From: Octopus vulgaris
Lineage: Eukaryota
Assembly: GCA_951406725.2 (NCBI GenBank)
Contig: OX597824.1
Span: 90,086,001-90,150,000, forward strand
Direction: 5' to 3'
DNA length: 64,000 bases
Program-made: the position numbers and the translations under genes
Shown here: positions 55,495 through 64,000 of the stretch, piece after piece
Layout: every line of letters begins with the position of its first letter
Position numbering within the stretch: position 1 is the stretch's first letter
The notes under the pieces: generated by a model
Seen by the model: only the letters and a program-made list of their open reading frames with translations
Databases searched by the model: none
What the model was told of the DNA's origin: nothing

Positions 55495-55944
55495 GTAGAA
55501 AATATTGATTTTCGGAAAGTGTACCTGCATCCTGAGGAAGAATTTCTCTGTTTGAGCTTTGGGTACATTTAATGGAATCTGTTTGATGTTGGTAATTTGA
55601 GTCAGAGTCTCTGGTCTGTGGACGAGATCTTTATTGTATCACTTGCCCGAGGGGTTCTGGGGAGGGTCAATGGAACTGCTCTACCCTTCCTCCTCTGATA
55701 AGGCAATTAAAAAACAGAAGACAATAAGGAAAACACACACACACACGCACATGTATATATATATCCATATATATACATGTGCATGTGTGTGTTTTCCTTA
55801 TATATACATGTGCGTGTGTGTGTTTTCCTTATTGTCTTCTGTTTTTTAATTGCCTTATCAGAGGATACAGGTACACTTTCCAAAAATCAATATTATGTAT
55901 ATATGTGTGTGTGTATACATGTGTTGTATATATGTTTGTGTATA

Positions 55945-56496
55945 TGAGGGTGAGTCAAAAAGTAATACCCTTTTGTTTAGGACAGGTATAATTACCAACA
56001 CAAGAACGTGTATCATACATCGAAATGAAGCTGGTCCTCTGTGGATCACATCCCTACTTCTCAACAACGTCACCGTTTCTCTCAATAGCAATGTTCCGCC
56101 TTCAAATGGGAGCATGTATCTCTGTCCTATAAAATTCTGTTGACTGTTCTTTGAGCCACTTCTTCACTACAAAGCCAAAGAGACAACACCTTCTTTCAAA
56201 GGCTCGTAACAGGTGATGAAACATGGGTTCGTCATTATGAACTGGAATCAAAGAGGCAGTCAATGGAATGACACCACTCTGCGTCACCACCACCGAAAAT
56301 GATCAACACACAAAAGTTAGCTGGAAAAATCATGGCTACTGTCTTTTGGGATGCTCAAGGTATCATTCTGGTCAATTTCTTTTCAAGAAGAAAAATAATA
56401 AACTCATAATAAGCTTCATTTTGATGTCTGATACATGTTCCTGTGATGGTAATTATACCTGTCCTAAACAAAATGGCATTACTTTTTGACTCATCC
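55945..56496. mobile_element. Internally deleted/rearranged mariner element
   Basis: TIRs TGAGTCAAAAAGTAAT / ATTACTTTTTGACTCA; + strand VTGDETWVRHYE..SKRQSME* and AGKIMATVFWDAQG; - strand C-terminal FYRTEIHA...NGDVVEK. Confidence 0.85.
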
Positions 56497-57124
56497 AGCA
56501 AGCTAGGAGGCTGTACCAGACTCCAATCTAATCTGGAAAAGTTTCTACAGCTGGATGCTCTTCCTAATGCCAACCACTCTGAAAGTGTAGTGGGTGCTTT
56601 TTATGTGCCACCAGCATGAGGGCCAGCCAGGCAGTACTGGCATCGACCATGCTTGAATGGTGCTTTTTACGTGCCACTGACATGGGAGTGAGTAAGGTGG
56701 CACTGGCAATGACCACGCTCAAATGGCACTTTTTATGTGTCACTGGCACAAGACCAATCAGGTGGTACTGGCATCGGCCACGGTTATGTATAATTATATA
56801 TTGAAGTGTAGTATGAGATATGACCAACACCCAAAACCAATTTTTACTATCCAGAGACATACAGAGGTGGAAAAACTATAGTATATTAAAAATTAAGATA
56901 ATAATAATAATAATAATATTAATAATAATAATAAAGATGAAGAAGAAGAACAGTTTTTTGTTGCTGCTTGGCTGATGGATGGAGATTAATTCCAAAATGT
57001 TGTTGCAGTGGAGGTCTTTTCATCTTGTATTTAACCATAATAATAATAATGATGATAATTTTGTTTTTTTAATGCTCTTTCTTTTCCAATAAAAGCCCTT
57101 TCCCCACCCCACAATATTCTGCCA

Positions 57125-57146
57125 TTTTCCTTAACATGTTCCCCAG
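57125..57146 (+). other. U12 branch point TTTTCCTTAAC and CAG 3' splice site
   Basis: Exact U12 branch consensus; branch A (57134) is 12 nt from the intron end. Confidence 0.92.
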
Positions 57147-57219
57147 TTATAATAAGCGCCAAATGAGTCGTATCTACCCAAGAGGTGGAAGAGTTGATTC
57201 CAGTAATTATATGCCACAG
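57147..57219 (+). CDS. PLCB4: PLC-beta4 exon [24 protein letters not shown]
   Basis: 73 nt, GTAAG donor; SRIYP motif. Confidence 0.98.
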
Positions 57220-59609
57220 GTAAGTTTGTGTTATTTTTTTTTTACCACTTATTTGTTTTGTTATTTGGTTTGTGTGTGTGTGAGACAGACAGTGGGAGAG
57301 GGGTAAACAAACAAAAGGAAAGAGTGTTCAGTACATGTCATGAAATCCAAATATTTGTATGAAGTGTCCAAACGATCAGATGTAATGCTTGCCTCTGTAA
57401 ACTCTTCAGTAATGCAATCTTAATTCCACACTAATAATTCAAAAACTCTCTCTCTCTTTCGGAGAGGCACTGAGCAGCTATACGCACATATACACACACA
57501 GCAGTAACTTCTGCCTACCGAATTCAATCACAAAGCTTCGGTCGACTTCGGGCTATAGTGGAAGACACCTACCCAAAGTGCCACACAGTGGGACTGAACC
57601 CGAAACCATGTAGCTAGGAAGCAAGCTCCCTAACCACACAAACATATAACAAAAAGCACAAGTGCTACTCATAAGAAGGAGGCATTATCACAACACACAC
57701 ACATTTAATCATGAGCAACACCCAACTAGAGCCATCATAATTGCATTAAATATTGGGTCACAATATCGTTGAGGATCTCCCCTGGTGAAAGCACATCTTT
57801 AACAAAGCTAGGATTGCATCCCCAAAACTAATGCTTCTTGTCAGAGCTAGAGGACACTTCAGCCCATAAGGATTATTGATAAACTATAAAACTCAGATGT
57901 AATCCTCAATGGATTATAAAACTCAGATGTAATCCTCAATGGATTATTGCTCAACAGCTGCACAAATGTCATTGAGTGCAGAAAAGTTCCACGTGTCTGG
58001 TTGCCATAGTGTCACTCACTGACACATTCCAGCCTCTGGCTCACACCTAGGCATACTGTATCTTCTCCCTGCCCTTTTCTGCCACTACTCAGATGGCCTC
58101 TGCTCCTTGAAGCTGGTTGGGCTCATGCCACTCCCATTCAGGCATTCACACCCTACTCGTCTCTCCTCCTCCCATTACCTCTGCTGTGTCCAACATTCCC
58201 AAGGGCCCACACCGATCCTTCATTCTTAGAATGTCATCCCTTGGAAATCCCTTCCTTGTTCATATCTTTCCTGCAAATGTTAACTTAGAAATATTAATGG
58301 CATGATTCCCTCCAGTTCAGGGAAGCTGCAATGGCAATGTACACTTGTAAACCTATCCATTTTGCTAGGCATTTGTTGTTGTTGGCATCCTTTTGTCTTG
58401 GGAGACAATGGAGTTGCGCATAAACTAATCCAGTCTGGTTTTTACATTTCATGTCCTCTCCAGCTTCCTCTCCAGTTTTGCGCAGGCCTGGGCTAGATGT
58501 AAGAAAATCCTGTGTAGCCCAATTGTCAGGATTTCTCTCTCGACCTTGCTGATGTAGTCCAAAGGAGTGCAGAGCATTACGTTTGGCACCAGCTTGGTTA
58601 CAGGAGCTGCCGGAAGAGTGTTGAGTCGAACACTAAACCGCCTACGGGGCTCCACTCCGAATTTCTTTGAAGGTTGTCCCCTTTCTATAACCCTGGATAG
58701 GGGCCCATACTGAGTACTGTCAGCTGGAGCCAACTGAGCCCCGGACCCGTGTCAGGCAAGGTCGTCACTCCCTGAAGTGGGGAAGAAAATCGCTACCCAC
58801 TACCCACTACATCTTGCTAGGCATATCTGACCACTAACTCACACCTTCATCTACCAGTTACCCAACTATTTGGTTATTTACCTGACTGGACTCTTTCACC
58901 GCTTTTGAAGATGAAAGTTCTTCAAGACACAGCTGCACAGTGTTCCCAGTTCAGTGTTTTGTCATGTTCTGTGTTTTGGTTGGCTGAACAACTGCACAAT
59001 GAACATTATTAGAATGGGTATGATATGTGCAGAGGCAGTCCCACTCTCTTGTCCTTCAAACTTGTATTAGTTTGGTGCAACAAGTGCCACAAGTCCTTTA
59101 GTTACCAGCACGCAGGATTTGTATGAAGTTATCTTCTCTTAGATGAGCAGTTAAAGAGCCAAATGACCTCCTCTACCCAGGATCCTTTGGGTTGTTTGTG
59201 AGTGACCTTCTTCAGGAGGTAATTCCATGACATGTTAATTAACCTGTAGCTGGGACCCTGACAGGTGCTACTGCTCTGGATCAAGTGTGGCTAAGAGGTG
59301 GCTTCACACTCTTCAAAGCCTTAGGACTCCCAAACCATGACCCCCTCCACTACAGGGGGTGGTTTAAAGTCATACCCTGGACTCACCAATTTAGCCATCT
59401 AGCTAGGCACTTATTGACATCCTCACCGACAATCCAGCTATTTATGCACTCATCCTTTTATCTTTCTGGTTATGTAATTATCTGATCAGTTCCATAAACA
59501 CCCATCTTGTAGCCACCCATCAACTTACCCCGCCTATCCTCTTCCTTATTCAGGCCCTCATCCTAGACATCTTCACTTCCTACCAAACCACCCATCCCAG
59601 TTTCTTTAG

Positions 59610-59753
<144 letters not shown>

Positions 59754-60455
59754 TAAGCTGATGATTTTAATAATTCTTATTTTAATTATAATTTACATTA
59801 GTCTTAAATTCTTAAAGTCGATGGTATTGTATGTACATATATATTTATATCATATATAATTGTAATTATATATATATTAACACTGGGTAATATCTAGTTA
59901 ATAAAATATGCTTCAACACACAAATTCACATAAAGAATCTTGCAAACCACTTGCAAAAACGAAATATGTGATTAACTCATTTTTGTGTTTCATCTTCTCT
60001 TTAATTACCTAACAATTATATTCAGTGGATTGTTAATATCATTTATATAACAGTCCTATCTCAAGACACTAAAACTATCAGGATCCTTAGCTAGGTAGCT
60101 GATGAAGGCTAAATTGTTTATTGTTCTGTTACATAGTTTTATTGTTTGTGCTTATTCTTTACATTAAAGTGTGTGTGTGTTTTCATGTGCTGGTTCATTT
60201 TAATATCCTTTTTTTCCATGCTAAAATGTGTTATATTAAAAACACTGCTATATTTCAAGTTTGATCATTTTTATTAAGGATTTTTCACATTTCCATGAAG
60301 CCTTTATGAGATTCTGGTAAAAGTTTTAAATGGATTTAGAAGAAACATTGTCCTATACGAAGCTAATAACGAAATATGAAAGATGTATAATGAAAATGAT
60401 CAAACTTAAATGTTGTTGTAATTTGAATATGTTTAAAAGAAAAGCTTCCCTTATT

Positions 60456-60486
<31 letters not shown>

Positions 60487-60595
60487 ACATGATATTAGGA
60501 AAGAAAAAGAAGAGCAAAAATAAAGTTGATGTTTAACATTTTTTATTTCTTTTTGTGTCTTCCTCTTCTCCCCTGATGGCTCCTGCTTCCCTTAG

Positions 60596-60698
60596 ATACC
60601 TGCTGAAACCTGACTTCATGAGGAGGCCAGACCGGACATTTGACCCATTTTCAGAAAGCCCTGTAGATGGCGTCATTGCCGGACATTGTTCAGTTGAG
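60596..60698 (+). CDS. PLCB4: PLC-beta4 exon [34 protein letters not shown]
   Basis: TAG/GTAAG, 103 nt. Confidence 0.98.
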
Positions 60699-62116
60699 GT
60701 AAGTTCACTTTACAGTTTGTCCAGATAATCCCTTGTCCAGATAATCCCTAAAATATTTACTCTAAACATTTGGATATTATTTGTTCATCCATGTTTTCTG
60801 GTATCATATTTTAATCAACTGGGGTAGATCAAGATTAAGCTTACAGTTTATCATTTTCAGATCTTATTGTACAGCGTGCAAATAGAGATTTTTATTTGTT
60901 GGTAGATATCACCACTGATCAGAAAACAGCTTTCTTCACTGAAACTATAAACAAAGCAGTGACATCTGTAAGGTCAAACATCCAGGTGTTTCTGGCTGAC
61001 AAGTCTCATGCTGAAATACCAGTGTCCCAGAATCCTTTGCACCAATGAGCCCAGTATGTTATGAACACACTGTCATCATAAAAGAGAGAAATTGTTCTCT
61101 TGTGACATGCACAACAGCAACTAGCATATTTGTGCTTGAATTTGCCAAAATGAGTCAAGAATAAATATGTAAATCATCACATCATATATATGTAATTAGA
61201 TAAGAATTCAGTCACTATTGAATATTATGCACATAATTATATCATGTAAAAAGCTACCATACTGGTGCCATGTAAAATGCTGCTGTACTGGTGCCATATA
61301 AAATGCACCTAGCAGTTGACATTAGGAAGGGCATCCAGCCAAAACAGACAATTAATTAAAACCTGGTGCAGCTCTCTGGCATGCCAACTCTTGTCAAACC
61401 ATCCAACCCATGGAAAACAGATGTTAAATGATGGTGATGGCAACTTTGTTTCATGACATATGAAACTCATGTTTTCCAAAATAATACTTCAGAAATGCTT
61501 TCTAGTTTAGGTACAAGGCCTCACATTTGTGGGGAGGGTACTAGTCGATCACATCGACCCCACTGTATCACTGGTACTTATTTTATCGACCCCAAAAGGA
61601 TGAAAGGCAAAGTCAACCTCGGCAGAATTTGAACTCAGAACATAACGACAGATGAAATACCACTAACTATTTTGCCCGGCATGCTAACATTTCTGCCAGC
61701 TCCCCAGAAATATCACTCAAAGTGCTACATGCAAAACTGGGTCTCCCATAAGCTTTAATGCACTAAAAAAATGTTGCTGAAATTGGCATGTGTTTAATAT
61801 GCCCATGTATCTTTTAGGCTATCAAATAACCTACACTATATTAACCCTTTCAACCTGGAAATTTTTCACAAGTCGGAAATGGTAAGGGGTTTGTACGCAT
61901 GTGAGCCTTTTGAGCTGCCATTATGGTGTCATGCTCTTCAATCCTATGTCTAGTACTACATACTTACCAGAAAAACCAGAATGGTACTATACTGCATCAC
62001 ATAGAATGGGAATTTTAAAGATTTGGGTTGTAACATTTTTGACTGGTACAAAAAGATTCCAGCCGGACCAAAAGAGTTAAATACATTATTAAATTGTTAT
62101 GTAATTTATATTATTA

Positions 62117-62638
62117 CTGTAAATCCTGGAGTATAATCCGCATTTTTTTCCAAAAATTTAAAGCTCAAAATCCCTAGTGCATACTATATAAGAGGTTAAA
62201 AATGAAAAATATTTTCTAAGCAATGTCCCAGTCTCTATTTGCTGTCCGGCAATGTTTATTCAGACGCATTTTGTGATGTCGGGCGCGAAAATACTTTAAG
62301 CTAAGCCTGAAAGCAATGAAGTCATAAAAGAATCATCCATAACTAGCAGCAAGCAACATTTATTATAATAAAAGTATTCAGAACACAGAATAACATGTAA
62401 CAAAAACAATTTGCAAACATATTTACATTCCCATATAACAGTTAAGAACATCACCATTATTGTATTACGCATGCACGGAAGTGTTTGTTCGACTAGGTGC
62501 TGCTGGCTTAATTACACACGACTCAAGTTAGAGAAGGGGTGCGTATCATACACAAGGTTTCGGTTTTCCAGAGGTACAGCCCCCTAAAAATCCCCTGCGT
62601 ATTAGACTCAAGGACGGACTATACTCGAGGATTTACGG
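62117..62638. mobile_element. Tc1/pogo-type MITE with TA target duplication
   Basis: TA-CTGTAAATCCTGGAGTATAATCCG ... CGGACTATACTCGAGGATTTACGG-TA. Confidence 0.8.
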
Positions 62639-62744
62639 TATATATATATATACATGTGTGTATGTGCGTGCGTGCGTATTTATATGAATAATGTAGTTCC
62701 AATAAATGCTATTATCATTTTAATTGTCTCATTTCTAATTACAG

Positions 62745-62909
62745 GTAATCTCTGGTCAGTTTTTATCTGATAAAAAAATTGGAACATGCGTTGAGGTGGA
62801 TATGTATGGTCTACCAACTGACACCATTCGTAAGGAATTTCGCACCAAAGTAGTACCAAATAATGGTCTCAATCCAATCTATAATGATGAGCCTTTTGTC
62901 TTCAGAAAG
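62745..62909 (+). CDS. PLCB4: PLC-beta4 C2-domain exon [55 protein letters not shown]
   Basis: CAG/GTATG, 165 nt. Confidence 0.98.
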
Positions 62910-63325
62910 GTATGATGTCCTTTTTACTTTCTTTATTTTTGTTCTTCTTATTTTCTTCTTGGTGGATGAGATGTAAGAGAGGTAAATTTTTAGATTGGGA
63001 ATGAACTGTTTGATGTTTACCTTGTCAGGTATATTGCTGTGCCCCAGTATGGCCTCTGCCAATTGATTGGAATAAGTAAAGATGTTTTGTTTTTATCTTG
63101 TTTTGTTTCCGTCATTATGTTGTGGCCATGCTGGGGCAGTGCCTTTCGAAGAATTTTTAGTCAAATGAATCAACCTCAGTACTCCAGTTTTTAAATCCTG
63201 GTACTTATCCTGTTGGTCCCTTTTGCTGAACCACTAGGTTATGGGGACATAAACCCACCAACACCAGTTGTCAAATGATGGTGATATACATACATATATA
63301 TACATACATATAGATATATACATGC

Positions 63326-63396
<71 letters not shown>

Positions 63397-63934
63397 CATC
63401 ATCATCATCATCATCATTTAACGTCCGTTCTCCATGCTAGAATGGGTTGGACGGTTCGACCGGGAATCTGGGAAGCCAGAAGGCTGCACCAGGTTCCGGT
63501 CTTATCTGGCAATGTTTCTACAGCTGGATGCCCTTCCTAACGCCAATAATAGTGGAGGCAAATATATATATATTTATATATATACTTGTATGTATGTATG
63601 TATGTATGTATGTATGTATGTATGCGTGTATGTATGTGTGTACATACACATGGATATACGAGTACAGGACAAGTAACATAATGAACGACCCTTCATCAGT
63701 TGTTGGCTGTCTATCTACTCCTCATTTCGAGCATTGAACAACAATATACTCCTGCACCTATGTATAATGCAACTGCACACACACACACACACACACACAC
63801 CTACATATACACACATGTGCAATGTATACATTGCACGTGTGTGTGTTCATATACACCCCACCACATAAACACACACACACAAAAGTATACTGTTTCCGAA
63901 CTTTGTTGATTGCTATTTGGTTTTTGCCTTCCAG

Positions 63935-64000
63935 GTAGTGCTACCTGATCTGGCAGTTCTTCGGATTGCTGTGTATGAAGACACTGGTAAACTGATCGGT
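63935..64000 (+). CDS. PLCB4: PLC-beta4 C2-domain exon, truncated by window end: VVLPDLAVLRIAVYEDTGKLIG
   Basis: CCAG acceptor, phase 0. Confidence 0.96.

Noticed and set aside
42518-57146. A third copy of the mutually exclusive exon
   Set aside because: By eye I found no further MSSF-like coding segment or GTATCCTT donor in this interval; a very diverged copy cannot be excluded without tBLASTn.
57940-58810. GC-richer segment possibly from a LINE 5' region or a nested gene
   Set aside because: No recognisable protein motif or splice structure by eye; left unclassified pending a repeat-library search.
62741-62750. CAG|GTAATC (and CAG|GTAGTG at 63932) as recursive splice sites
   Set aside because: Explained by conserved Val codons starting real exons; flanking introns are short.

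Overview
AT-rich, microsatellite- and SINE-dense animal genomic DNA. The repeat landscape looks like an octopus or other coleoid cephalopod (inference). The whole window lies inside one + strand gene, a phospholipase C beta-4/NorpA-type enzyme. It is seen from the EF-hand region through the X box, X-Y linker and Y box into the C2 domain; 5' and 3' ends are outside the window. Fifteen constitutive exons plus one alternative exon join in phase into an uninterrupted PLCB4-like peptide. The main result is a duplicated pair of 85-nt Y-box exons (45766-45850 and 50631-50715). Each has a major-spliceosome (U2) acceptor and a minor-spliceosome (U12) GTATCCTT donor, and both share one downstream U12 branch point (TTCCTTAAC, 57127-57135). 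This is a JNK-like U2/U12 hybrid-intron design that enforces mutually exclusive splicing in the catalytic domain. The 23.6-kb X-Y linker intron holds unannotated-looking in-frame cassette and microexon candidates behind a large YCAY cluster. The introns also carry several minimal hammerhead-ribozyme motifs (Penelope/retrozyme-like), many long hairpins, SINEs, Helitron-like elements, MITEs and mariner/LINE remnants. Almost all ORFs in the supplied track are microsatellite artefacts. Repeat boundaries are approximate.
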